Assembly: GCA_023150895.1 (NCBI GenBank)
Contig: JAKLJY010000036.1
Span: forward strand, 429 to 64,428
DNA from: Myxococcota bacterium
Lineage (GTDB): Bacteria; Myxococcota_A; Bradymonadia; UBA7976; UBA1532
Length of the DNA: 64,000 nt
Direction: 5' to 3'
The position numbers and the translations under genes were made by a program. The notes under the pieces are model-generated. The model ran no database searches, was not told where the DNA came from, and was given only the letters and a program-made list of their open reading frames with translations. Below are positions 30,401-38,950 of the stretch, in pieces. Numbering within the stretch: the first letter of the stretch is position 1; every line of letters begins with the position of its first letter.

Positions 30401-31171
30401 CTGGACACTCGCGTCGTTGAGATCGGCCCCGCCGATGACCTGCGCCCAGAGACCGGAGGCCGTCTGCTGGTAGGAGCTGGCGTTGCCGCGGTTGTATCCG
30501 TGGCCGCGCTCCGCCGGGGTGAAGCCGTCCTGGTTGGCGCCGTTGCGATAGCCACTCGCCGTCGTCGCCGCCATCTGGTTCAGGCGCGCGAGCCGGTTGG
30601 GATCGGCGTAGGCCGGATCGGAGAAGACGCCGCGCGCCGCGGCCAGACCCGCGACCGAAAGCTGCGTCGTCGAGGAGTCGTTGCAGCCGCCGTTCGAATA
30701 GCACCAGTACCCGTCGCCGTTCTGGTTATTCGAGATGCGGTCAAACATGACCGCGATGGCATTGGCGGCGCCCGCCTGGTTCGGCCCCCCCGTCCGCAGG
30801 TAGACCGAAAGCGCCATCAGGTCGGCGCCGTCACGGTAGGCGTAGAACGCCTGGTTCGTGTGGCTGTTGATGATGAACGAGATGATGCTTTCGATGCGCT
30901 GCTGATCCCCCGGCGTCGCGTTCCGGTAGCCCGTCGGCGCCGCGCGCTGATCGGCGCTGACCCGCTTCTCGAGGAGCGTCAGGGCCACGAGACCCGAAGC
31001 ATCACCCGCGGCCCCGTTCCAGGCGCCCTGGTTCGTCAGCCAGTTCAAGCCGCGGTCGATGGACGCGGCCACGTCGACCGAGAAGTTCGTCTGCTGGGCC
31101 TGCGCGGGCCCGGCGAGGGCCATGGCCAGCGAGAGGAAAACGAGCGCGGCGCGCTGGACGGTCTTCGGCAC
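27482..31171 (-). CDS. Large secreted modular protein with MYXO-CTERM-type tail
   Basis: Signal peptide ALVFLSLAMALAGPAQA. An N-terminal region of about 400 aa resembles a prenyltransferase/terpenoid-cyclase toroid. Thrombospondin type-3-like Asp repeats follow (DSDGDGVGDVCDNC). Nine C.G.D.DC.G..DE (MopE-like) modules, then CxxGxxC.xGxC Cys-rich repeats. Terminal GCACR + [12 protein letters not shown] + RRRRRR. Confidence 0.85.
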   Translation of the reverse strand: MPKTVQRAALVFLSLAMALAGPAQAQQTNFSVDVAASIDRGLNWLTNQGAWNGAAGDASGLVALTLLEKRVSADQRAAPTGYRNATPGDQQRIESIISFIINSHTNQAFYAYRDGADLMALSVYLRTGGPNQAGAANAIAVMFDRISNNQNGDGYWCYSNGGCNDSSTTQLSVAGLAAARGVFSDPAYADPNRLARLNQMAATTASGYRNGANQDGFTPAERGHGYNRGNASSYQQTASGLWAQVIGGADLNDASVQGYLLWLRNHYKFTTTVPYYNSWQESYFYYLWSSSKAYTFLDDSGVQPAPGHISPDDVGLLLPGDAPAWGERQVRTDPAAVRRAPPLGGEGPGYYASPFEPARWYFDYAYYLISNQDAGGRYVRPEGIGSWVSWDGQAYALLVLERSVGGGCVDTDQDQICDFEDNCPGRNDPNQADSDGDGVGDVCDNCVQVANGDQADPDGDAFGSACDNCGLVPNPDQRDIDRDGIGDACDPVICIPSGPEICDGVDNDCNGAVDESGLGEQQACDTGLIGQCGVGLTVCRGGALVCVQQFFPADEVCDGLDNDCDDSTDEGDPGGGVQCDTGIPGECAGGLTVCLDGRVQCIGDREARAEICNGRDDDCDGESDEDNPEAGQNCDTGEPGACSAGLTDCRAGRLLCLQVGVPGAEVCDAVDNDCDGQVDEDDPQGGVPCATGLGGTCAAGLTHCVEGNVECVPDRLPTPELCNGLDDDCDDQIDQGNPEGDQRCDTGRRGVCADGRTMCRNGAVQCDPIGMPSDEICDGLDNDCDGTADEGLGIGEPCQTDLPGVCGAGQRACEGGAVICVPLTPASPEVCDGLDNDCNALVDDGVVGIGEVCGTGRVGDCARGVSACEGGVQICAPDEQPADELCNLQDDDCDGVIDEDLRNACGTCGDVPAETCNGEDDDCNGTIDDDAPCPEGQACAHGRCVDRCANNECADTFRCVDGLCVSACDLMTCDFGQICEAGLCVDPCAGVACAADEVCSGGVCVAPDCYAAGCAEGERCVDFICQPDPCADLFCNEGEFCRDGACVPSCATVSCAFQQRCVDGACIDDPCAGIECPDGQACAAGACGADPCAGITCTDGQRCEEGICGHDACFGIVCPPAERCEVVGDAAQCVGAWGPVDDPNYRPDAGPSEADQGRPVDPTLGDFGTVDTADALQPSTNPDASRNIKQEADPVAGCACRTPGTGASSAAWWLLAAGVAPLVRRRRRR

Positions 31172-31348
31172 GGGCGGACTCCTGGCGGTGAAACTTCACA
31201 ATAGGTGGAACTTCGCAGCGGGGCAACGCCTCGCAATTCAGTGGCATCCCGTGGTGTCGTCGGGCAGATTCCCGACGCTGAACGGGGACCGGTGGCGACC
31301 GCCGACCCCGCGGATGATGAACCTTCGAAGCCGGATTGGGGGAACAGG

Positions 31349-32395
31349 ATGATCGGTGCGAGGAGAGTGATGGGGCGGTCGGCGCTGGCGTTTGCGGCGC
31401 TCGGTCTGAGCCACGCGTCGGCGCAGGAGACCAAGGTCTGGGTGCCCGAAGCACTGCCGGCCGCGGCCCCGGCGGCCGAGGCGGCGGCGACGCCCGTCGA
31501 GCCGGACGGGTGGAAGCTCAGGCTCCATCTCGGCGGCAACACGAGCTTCGGGCACAACAGCCAGGTCGTCGGCAGCGTCGACGGCTCGACGTTTCAGGTC
31601 GGCCTCGTCCTCGAAGGCAAAGCCGACCTGAAAGCCGGTCAGCACGAGTGGCTCAACGAGCTGCAGATCCACCACCAGCAGACGAAGACGCCGGCGCTCG
31701 CCGTCTGGCAGAAGTCGATGGACGATCTGAAGCTGATGAGCACCTACCTGTACCACCTCGAGGCGGTGCCCTGGGTCGGTCCGTTCGCCCGTCTCAAGCT
31801 CGACACGGTCATCTTCGCGACGGAGACGACCAAACCCGAGGACTACGACGTCATCAACACCGACGACCCGAAGGAGGTCCCGCGCTACACGCGCCACACG
31901 GCCAACGCCGCGACCCGCCTCGCCGGCCCGTTCGAGCCGTTGACCCTCCGTCAGTCGGCCGGTTTCTTCGCCGATCCGGTCAAGTCCGAACCCGCCAACC
32001 TCGGCTTCAAGCTCGGCGCCGGTGTCCAGGAGCTCATCGTTCGGGACGGTTTCGCCCTGACGAAGTCCGACGAGGCCGGCCGCATCGAGATCACGCCGCT
32101 GAAGGACTCCGTGGAAGCCGGCGCCGAGTTCGAAGCCGTCTTCACCGGCGCGAAGGACAAGCGCGTCTCTTACGAGCTCGCCGCCAACTTCCTCTATCCG
32201 TTCATCCTGACGGACGACAAAGGCATCGAGGGCATCGAGCTGCTCAACGCCGACATCCACGGCAAGCTGTCGGTCAAGCTCACCGACTGGGGCTCGCTCG
32301 ACCTCGTCGCCGGCGCCAAGCGCCAGCCCCTGGTGGCCAACCAGTGGCAGTTGAACACCGGCGTGCTGCTCAACGCGGGCTTCGACCTTCTCTGA
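31349..32395 (+). CDS. Putative outer-membrane beta-barrel protein
   Basis: Signal peptide RSALAFAALGLSHASAQ. Alternating beta-strand pattern throughout (WKLRLHLGGNTSFGHN, FQVGLVLEGKADL, VSYELAANFLYPF). GGGGAACAGG lies upstream of the ATG at 31349. Confidence 0.6.
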   Translation: MIGARRVMGRSALAFAALGLSHASAQETKVWVPEALPAAAPAAEAAATPVEPDGWKLRLHLGGNTSFGHNSQVVGSVDGSTFQVGLVLEGKADLKAGQHEWLNELQIHHQQTKTPALAVWQKSMDDLKLMSTYLYHLEAVPWVGPFARLKLDTVIFATETTKPEDYDVINTDDPKEVPRYTRHTANAATRLAGPFEPLTLRQSAGFFADPVKSEPANLGFKLGAGVQELIVRDGFALTKSDEAGRIEITPLKDSVEAGAEFEAVFTGAKDKRVSYELAANFLYPFILTDDKGIEGIELLNADIHGKLSVKLTDWGSLDLVAGAKRQPLVANQWQLNTGVLLNAGFDLL

Positions 32396-32419
32396 GCCTC
32401 CCGAGTCGGGCGGTCCGGG

Positions 32420-33704
32420 TCAGCGCGGGCCCACGCCGGGCACCGGCGCATTGCGCCAGGCGTCGATGCCGCTGAACTGACCGCGGTTGCCCGAGTTCAC
32501 CGTCGGCGGGCCGCCGTCGTAGTAGTTGTCCGCGATGTCGGCGGTGATCTGGCCGCCGATGTCGAGGAAGTCGTCCGACGTGCCACTCATGTGGTTGCGG
32601 TGAAACGTCGCCTGCAGATTGGCGAGCATTACCGGGTAACTCGCGCCGTCGAGAATGGAATCGGTCACGACGACGGGCAGGTCCGCGGCGTTGACGTGCA
32701 GGGGGCAGTGGCAGCCGGTCACGCGACTGTGTTCGATGGTGCCGCCGCCGCGCGCGAAGACCAGACAATCCGGCCCGACGACCGGCCGCTGCAGATCGAC
32801 CACCGAGTCCGTCAGGTTCAGCGCGCCGCCCCCGATGCGAATGCTCGAACCGCCGAGGGCCGTCAGGAAGCGGAAGTCGCCGCCGTTGGCGAGGTTCATC
32901 GTCGTGACGCAGTCGCTCAGGTGGAGGTGGGCCGCGGTGATGACGCCGTCGCGCAGCCCGACGAGGCAGTTCTCCGCACCGCTGATCCGGGTATGCGACG
33001 CTTCGAAGCGGCCGCCTACCTGGAGGCCGGCCCAGGCCTGCCCTTCGATGACGACGGGGGCGTCGGGCGTGCCTTCGGTCACGAGCGCGCCCGCGACCCG
33101 GAGGATCGCGTTCGGCCCCCCGTCGACCACGACCCGGGCCCCGGCGCAGAGCGTCAGGGTCTCGCCGGCCTGCACGGTGGCCTGCCCGTCCACGGTGATG
33201 TCACCGCAGAGACGCCCGGCGACGTCCCCCGACACGCGATGGGTCTCACGGACGGGCGGCTCGGCGCCGCCGACGGGCGCAGGCTCGCCCCCGGACGGAC
33301 CCGGCTCGCCGCCGACGGGGGCCGGTTCCCCCCCGGACGGGCGCCGGCTCGCCCCCGACGGGCGCGGGCGTGCCCCCGGATGGGCCGGGGTCGCCTCCAG
33401 ACGGGCCCGGCTCGCCCCCGGACGGACCGGGGTCGCCTCCGGAGGGGCCCGGGTCGCCTCCGGTGGGCGCAGGTGTGCCCCCGGCGGGTGCGGGCTCGCC
33501 ACCCGACGGCGCGGGCGTACCCCCGAGCGAGCCGGACTCGCCGCCGGAGGCCGCCGGGGTGCCGCCTCTGGCAGCGTCCTCGCCGGGCTCCGACCCGGGC
33601 TCGCGGAAGTCCACGGTTTCACTCGAGCCGCAGGCCCAGAGCGCGAGGGGGCAGAGATGCGTCGCGAGGAGAAACAAACGAGGGAGACGTCGAGATTTCG
33701 GCAT
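32420..33704 (-). pseudogene. Right-handed beta-helix lipoprotein with GG-x-P-x-P-x linker, interrupted by a 1-nt frameshift (or assembly error)
   Basis: Frame A (33704 down to about 33335) gives lipoprotein signal MPKSRRLPRLFLLATHLCPLALWAC plus heptad repeats. Frame B (about 33335 down to 32420) continues the same repeats and then a beta-helix-like domain (GGSSIRIGGGALNLTDSVV, HVNAADLPVVVTDSIL). Removing one base near 33328-33340 joins them into about 427 aa. Confidence 0.6.
33255..33570 (-). repeat. About 15 tandem 21-bp units encoding GG(T/E/D)P(A/G)P(S/V/A/T)
   Basis: Read directly as GGTPAPS GGEPAPA GGTPAPT GGDPGPS GGDPGPS GGEPGPS GGDPGPS GGTPAPV GGEPAPV | GGEPAPV GGEPGPS GGEPAPV. The bar marks the frame change. 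Confidence 0.8.
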
Positions 33705-35214
33705 GGGCGTGACGATACCAGTCCAGCGACGCGTCGACGAGGCCGCCGCGTGTGCCGATGAACAGTCGCCCGCCGAAGGCGACCGCCGCGGTTGCGTCGT
33801 CGAGGGCGGCCGGCAGGACCGAGCGCACGCCCGCGGGGTGCAGCGGTCCGGCCCCGCCGCCGAGCGACAGGACGAGCAGCGAAGCGCCGACGGGCACGAG
33901 CCCCCCCGGGTTGACCCATGCGTCTTCGGTCACGGTCTCGGATTGCCATCCACTGGGCGTCGCCGGGGCGGGCGCGAGGTGCACGACGCCGGCGTCGTAG
34001 GTACCCACGAAGACGCCGCCTGCGGGATCCGGTGTGATGGCCGTCACCCAGTCATGGGGCAGATGCCCCGTCGCCTGCGTCAGACGTTCAGACGTGCCAT
34101 CGACACCGCCCGCGTGGAAGAGACCGTCGGCGGTGCCGATGAACAGTCCACCGGTCGCGTCGTAGGCCAGCGCCCAGACCTGCCGGCCTGGCAGACCCGC
34201 GTCCTCGCCGACCACCTGCACGGCACCGCCGGTGAAGACCTGAACGCCGTGGTTCGTGCCCACGGCGACGGCCCCCGACGGACCGACCGCCAGGGCCGTG
34301 ACATGAACCGAGAGCCCGGGCACCGCTTCGGCCGCCGACGCCCCCGCCGCCAGCCGGTAGAGACCGCGCGCCGTGCCGATGAAGAGCGCGTCGCCCGAGG
34401 CCGAAATCGCGAGCGCGTTGATGAACGGTGGCACCTCGGCGACCGGCGTGTACTGCCGCCCGTCGCGCGTGGCGAACACACCGGCGTCGAACGTGCCGAC
34501 GAAGAGCGTGTCCCCCGAGGCCGAGGTCGCGAGCGCCGACACATGGCCCGACGGGAGCGCACCCGGGTCTATGGCCGGCGCTCGCCCGCCGGACACGGGC
34601 CCGCAATACACCGCGGGTGCACCGGCCGCGTCGAAGCACCCGACGAATCCGCGGACGCGGCGCGTGAGTTTGCCGGCCCGACCCGTGAGCGTGAACGCAC
34701 CGTAGGGACCCATCGCGACGTCGAAGTGCCCCCCCGGAGCGCTGCGGAGGGCGAAGACCGACTGCCGTCCGACGACGGCGTGGGCCACTTGCCGGGGCGC
34801 GCCGTCGTCTTCGTAGGTGAACACACCGTGCTGACCCGTGCCGACCGCCAACACATGACCATCGTCGCTCACGGCAAGGGCGCGCACGCCGCCGACGGCG
34901 ACGTCACGGCCGAGTTCGGGGAGGGCTGTGAAGCGGCCCTGTTCGGGCTCGAACCGGAACACACCCTCGCGCCGGAAACCGACGTAGAGGGCGCCGTCCC
35001 GCGGGGACACGGCGACGGCCGTCGGGAACGCACCGGGCAGGCCGTCACACACCGTGAAGGCCCGCTCGCCGATGCTCAGGCGGCCGTCCTGCGCGACCAC
35101 CGGGCGGCCGTCGGGCAGGCTGGCGTTCGCGCGGACGGGGCTCTCGACGGGCGCGCACGTCCAGGGACCGGGGGCGAGCAGCCCGGCGAGGGCAAGCGTG
35201 GCGGCGGTGATCAT
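33619..35214 (-). CDS. Beta-propeller protein (two-component-regulator-propeller-like repeats)
   Basis: Signal-like N-terminus MITAATLALAGLLAPG. A recurring GT..G(V/L)(F/Y) blade motif: VGTGQHGVFTY, VGTFDAGVFAT, IGTARGLYRL, VGTNHGVQVF, IGTADGLFHA, VGTYDAGVVHL and IGTRGGLVDA. The ATG shares one base with the upstream TGA (TGATG). Confidence 0.7.
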   Translation of the reverse strand: MITAATLALAGLLAPGPWTCAPVESPVRANASLPDGRPVVAQDGRLSIGERAFTVCDGLPGAFPTAVAVSPRDGALYVGFRREGVFRFEPEQGRFTALPELGRDVAVGGVRALAVSDDGHVLAVGTGQHGVFTYEDDGAPRQVAHAVVGRQSVFALRSAPGGHFDVAMGPYGAFTLTGRAGKLTRRVRGFVGCFDAAGAPAVYCGPVSGGRAPAIDPGALPSGHVSALATSASGDTLFVGTFDAGVFATRDGRQYTPVAEVPPFINALAISASGDALFIGTARGLYRLAAGASAAEAVPGLSVHVTALAVGPSGAVAVGTNHGVQVFTGGAVQVVGEDAGLPGRQVWALAYDATGGLFIGTADGLFHAGGVDGTSERLTQATGHLPHDWVTAITPDPAGGVFVGTYDAGVVHLAPAPATPSGWQSETVTEDAWVNPGGLVPVGASLLVLSLGGGAGPLHPAGVRSVLPAALDDATAAVAFGGRLFIGTRGGLVDASLDWYRHAHAEISTSPSFVSPRDASLPPRALGLRLE

Positions 35215-37529
35215 CAGGGCACCTCGAAGGCGAACTCGGTCCGGGTGGCGTTCAGCGCGTAGTCGACCGCGACGAGCCGCGCGACGTGGCGACCGGGGGG
35301 CAGATCCGGCGGCAGCGCGGCCTCCCATCGCTCGCCGGCCCCGACCCGATGCAACGTGAGCTCTTCGTCGCCGAGCTGGAGCACGATGCGCTTCAGATCG
35401 AGGCGGTCTCGCACGACGGCGTCGCCGGCGGCCGTCGAGACACCGTCGTCGTCGAAGACGTGATCCGCCGGGCGAGCGACGAAGCGCAGCGGCAGGTCGG
35501 ACTCGATGGGACCCGCCACGGGCAGGCCGTCGGCGGTCTCGAGCGTGAGTTCGAAGCCCGGCGGCGCGGCGTCGACCCGAAAGTGAAGCGTGCCACGAGA
35601 CGCCCAGCCGGCCTGCGAACGAAGCAGAATCCGGACCCGGTACAAGCCATCGGGCACGCCGCGGGGCACGAGGAAGCGGCCGAGCCACAGGCCTTCGGTC
35701 TCATCCCAGGAACAGGGCACGACCTCGCCCCAGGGCAACAGACCGATGACTTCGCGCGCGCCGCGATCGGCGTGCACGCGGATCTCCGGATCGCCGGGCT
35801 TGATGCGGTCCGGACCGAGCGAATCGGCCACCGGGGCCGCAACGAAGCTCGTCAGGCGGGTGGCGATGCCATAGGTGAGACCCAGACCCCGGATCTCCTG
35901 CCCGAGGAGTTCGCGCTCGGCCGCGTCGGCGCGCGCCAGGGCCGTCTCCAGCCCGGCCACGCGCAGGCGCGCCCACTCGATGGAGAGCAGCTCGCCGGCG
36001 GGCGCGGGCGGGCCGGCCTTCGCCGACGCCTCCAGCGCCACCGGGATGCCATGCAACACACCCTCGACGCGGACCTTGACGGGGCCGTCCGTCCGCGCGA
36101 GCAGGCGCACGGCTTCGCCTTGGGCGAGGCGGCCGGGCAGCGCCCCCTCCACGTCGAAGACCCGCTCGCCGTCGATGGTCACGGAGAGATCCTCGATGAC
36201 GGGCGCCGTCACGGCGCGGACGAGCTCGTCGACCGTCGCGTCCCCGGCCGGGCCGTCGGGCACGAACCGGAGCGAGACCTGCGGAAAGAGCGCGGCGAGC
36301 GCCTGCCCGCGCCGCTGCGAGACGAACTGCGCCAGTACGACGCGGGCGGAAGCGAACGCCGCGGCGTCGACGTCGACGGCGAAACGGTCCCCGTGTGTGG
36401 CGTCGGTCGGCTGCCCGTCCGTCGCCACGACCACGACCGCGTCCGGGCGCCCGGCGACGAGGTCGGCCGCGGCCGCGAGGCCCGCGGAGAGGTCCGTCAG
36501 GCCTCCGGCGCGCAGGCCCTCGATGGCATCGACGACGGTCTCGGTGACACTCGGCGTGACGGGCACGAAGTCGGGCAGCCAGGCCTCGACATCGTCGCGC
36601 AGGACCAGCAGGGCGAGGCGATCACGGGGGCCGAGCGCCGTGACCGTGCGCCGCGCGAGGTCTCGGCTGCGGGCGAGCGGTTCACCGGCCATCGAGAGAG
36701 AGGCGTCGATGAGCAGCAGCACATCGCGGGGCGCACGCTCCCCGGCGAAGGGATCCGTGTCGAACGCGAACCGCGTCTCGACGTAGGCCGAGGGTTCGCC
36801 GGCCCGTGCGGCGGCCCGGACGGCGAGGTCGAGCGGGGCGCCGGGCTGCCGCCACCGCAACACGAAGTCCCGCTCGAGGCCGCGGCCGGTGCGGTTGACT
36901 GTCACGACCGCGCGGTCGGCGACGCGTTCGAACCGGGCGTCGCCGTGATTCGGGGCCATGAGATCCGTCAGTGTCCGACCCGCGGTCTCGGCCCGCAGGT
37001 CGATGTCGAGGTCGAAGACGGACGGACGGGCACCGGGGTCCGACTCCGCCGGGAAGACGAGGCTCCGGGCGCCGCCGAGCCCGTCGACGGACTGCACAAA
37101 GGAGAGTTCGATGCGACGGCTGCCCCGCCCGGGAATGGCATCGAGGCTCATGCGGAACCGCTCGCCGGCGCGCTCGGTCTCACCGAGGGCCGCGCGTTTG
37201 CCTTCAGCGACGGCGGCTTCGAAGGCGCGCACGGCGGCCTCGCGCCCGGCCACGGCGGCGGCGACGCGGACCCCGTCGCGAAAGTCGGCGAATCCGGTCA
37301 CGGTGGCATCGCCGGGCAACGGGAACGCAAAGCTCGCGCTGACCGGGCCGGGGAGGTCGTTGACGAAGACCTGGGACACGGTCGTTCGCGCCGTCTGTCC
37401 GTCCACCAGTATGCGGACGTGGGTGTAGGCCGTCCGCAGCGGCCCCGCACTGGTGCGAGCGACGCCCGAGGCCAGCGCGCGGCCGTGCAGGGCGAAAATC
37501 AGGACCACGAGCATCGTGAGGCGCAGCAT
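35214..37529 (-). CDS. Secreted VIT plus von Willebrand A domain protein
   Basis: Signal MLRLTMLVVLIFALHGRALA. VIT-like N-terminus (VRILVDGQTARTTVSQVFVND..FAFPLPGDATVTGF). VWA MIDAS region (VLLLIDASLSMAG...VVVATDGQPTD). GGAG lies upstream of the ATG at 37529. Confidence 0.85.
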   Translation of the reverse strand: MLRLTMLVVLIFALHGRALASGVARTSAGPLRTAYTHVRILVDGQTARTTVSQVFVNDLPGPVSASFAFPLPGDATVTGFADFRDGVRVAAAVAGREAAVRAFEAAVAEGKRAALGETERAGERFRMSLDAIPGRGSRRIELSFVQSVDGLGGARSLVFPAESDPGARPSVFDLDIDLRAETAGRTLTDLMAPNHGDARFERVADRAVVTVNRTGRGLERDFVLRWRQPGAPLDLAVRAAARAGEPSAYVETRFAFDTDPFAGERAPRDVLLLIDASLSMAGEPLARSRDLARRTVTALGPRDRLALLVLRDDVEAWLPDFVPVTPSVTETVVDAIEGLRAGGLTDLSAGLAAAADLVAGRPDAVVVVATDGQPTDATHGDRFAVDVDAAAFASARVVLAQFVSQRRGQALAALFPQVSLRFVPDGPAGDATVDELVRAVTAPVIEDLSVTIDGERVFDVEGALPGRLAQGEAVRLLARTDGPVKVRVEGVLHGIPVALEASAKAGPPAPAGELLSIEWARLRVAGLETALARADAAERELLGQEIRGLGLTYGIATRLTSFVAAPVADSLGPDRIKPGDPEIRVHADRGAREVIGLLPWGEVVPCSWDETEGLWLGRFLVPRGVPDGLYRVRILLRSQAGWASRGTLHFRVDAAPPGFELTLETADGLPVAGPIESDLPLRFVARPADHVFDDDGVSTAAGDAVVRDRLDLKRIVLQLGDEELTLHRVGAGERWEAALPPDLPPGRHVARLVAVDYALNATRTEFAFEVP

Positions 37530-37534
37530 GGCGT

Positions 37535-38737
37535 TCACTCCTTCTCGGGTACGCCCGCGGGGCGGGCGGCGACGGCCACCACGGGCGCAGCCGCGGCGGG
37601 GACGATGTAGAAGCGCAGACCGGGATCGGCCGCGCGCACGGTGGCGACGCGCAGGCCGCGGCGCTCGTCCTCGCGGACGGCCTCGACGATGAGACCGGCG
37701 TCCGCGCCCCCCGTGACGAGGACCTGCTGTTTCGCGAAGTCGATGAACGGCGGTGGCGGGGCCGTGCCGCCCCCGACGAGGCTCGTGTGTGCGCGCCAGA
37801 GATCGGAGAACGTCGCAGCGTCGACGACGTGCCGAAGCTGCGCGCCCGAGAGACCGCTCGTCGACACGGCCGGCGGGGCGAGGTGCCCGACCGTCACCGG
37901 GGCGCGCGCCGCCGTGAAGTCGACGCTGAGCGTGTCGGCGGCGAGCGTCCGGGTGGTGCCGCTGATCGTGCCGCCCACGCTGCGGGCGGCGACGGCGCCT
38001 CCGCCCGGTCCCGATGCGTCCCCCGGGGCCGCCCGGCGCGCCGCCGCGTCGGCCAGGGAGACCGACCGGCCTTCGGTCCGCTCGGCGATGCGCTCGAAGA
38101 AGGCTCGCCCGCTCGCCCCCGGCTCGCCGCAGACGATGCTCTGGATCGAGATGCCCTTCTTCAGCGCGAGCTCGAGGAGGACGCCTTCGTCGGGGCTGTC
38201 CGGGTAGCGCTGCGGGGGCGCGTCGCCGACGAGGTACAACAGACGCAGCACCGGCGCCGAGTCGCGGGCGGCCGCGCCCCGCGGGGTCACGGGCGTCCAC
38301 TTCAGGCGCAACAGCGCGTCGCGCACGGCCTCGAGCACGGCCTCGGGCGTGTCCCCGCCCCCGTCCGCCTGCAGCTCGGTCAACGCCGCGTGCATGACCG
38401 ACACGTCGGCCGTGAACGGGGTGACGCGCGTGACGAAGGCGTCCCCCTTGTCTCGGAACCCGACGAGGGCGAAGCGCACATCCGGCCGCGGTTCACCGGC
38501 CGAGAGTTCGGCCGCCACGGCGCGGATCCGTGTCCGCGCGTCCTCGATGAACGAGCCCATCGAGCCCGTCGCGTCGAGGACGAAGGCCACCTCGATCCGG
38601 GGCCTGTGTGTTTCTGCGCGGCCGGCCGCGGGCGTCGCGGGCGCTGCGGGTGTCACGGGCGCCGCGAAACAAGGCGCGCACGGGGGCAGCGCACACGTCG
38701 CCGCCATCAGAAGAGCCACCGCGAGGCGCTTCCACAT
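37535..38737 (-). CDS. Secreted von Willebrand A domain protein
   Basis: Signal MWKRLAVALLMAATCALPPCAPCFAAP. VWA MIDAS motif VAFVLDATGSMGS and GGGDTPEAV. Start re-picked; the track ORF carries an upstream extension. Confidence 0.8.
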   Translation of the reverse strand: MWKRLAVALLMAATCALPPCAPCFAAPVTPAAPATPAAGRAETHRPRIEVAFVLDATGSMGSFIEDARTRIRAVAAELSAGEPRPDVRFALVGFRDKGDAFVTRVTPFTADVSVMHAALTELQADGGGDTPEAVLEAVRDALLRLKWTPVTPRGAAARDSAPVLRLLYLVGDAPPQRYPDSPDEGVLLELALKKGISIQSIVCGEPGASGRAFFERIAERTEGRSVSLADAAARRAAPGDASGPGGGAVAARSVGGTISGTTRTLAADTLSVDFTAARAPVTVGHLAPPAVSTSGLSGAQLRHVVDAATFSDLWRAHTSLVGGGTAPPPPFIDFAKQQVLVTGGADAGLIVEAVREDERRGLRVATVRAADPGLRFYIVPAAAAPVVAVAARPAGVPEKE

Positions 38738-38950
38738 CGGTCTTCCCCACTCTGTATCCGGTTGTCGATCCGGCCCGCTCGGGGCCGCCCCGGGACCCTT
38801 TGCACCGGGCGTGCCGAGCCTTCGACCGCGCTGCCGGGCGCCCCTCGGACGAGACCGCAGCGTCGCATGCTGCAAGTCACGGCATCGCGCTATCAATTGC
38901 GGTATCGTCCCGCGCCAGCCCGCGCGCCGTCACGCGCCAGAGAGGTCACC

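Noticed and set aside
38860-38950. A sigma-70-like -35/-10 pair (TGCAAG ... TATCAA) upstream of the second acyl-CoA dehydrogenase.
   Set aside because: The spacing is sub-optimal (about 15 nt) and the hexamers are weak. Myxobacterial promoters are poorly described by the E. coli consensus. This is too speculative to list as a feature.
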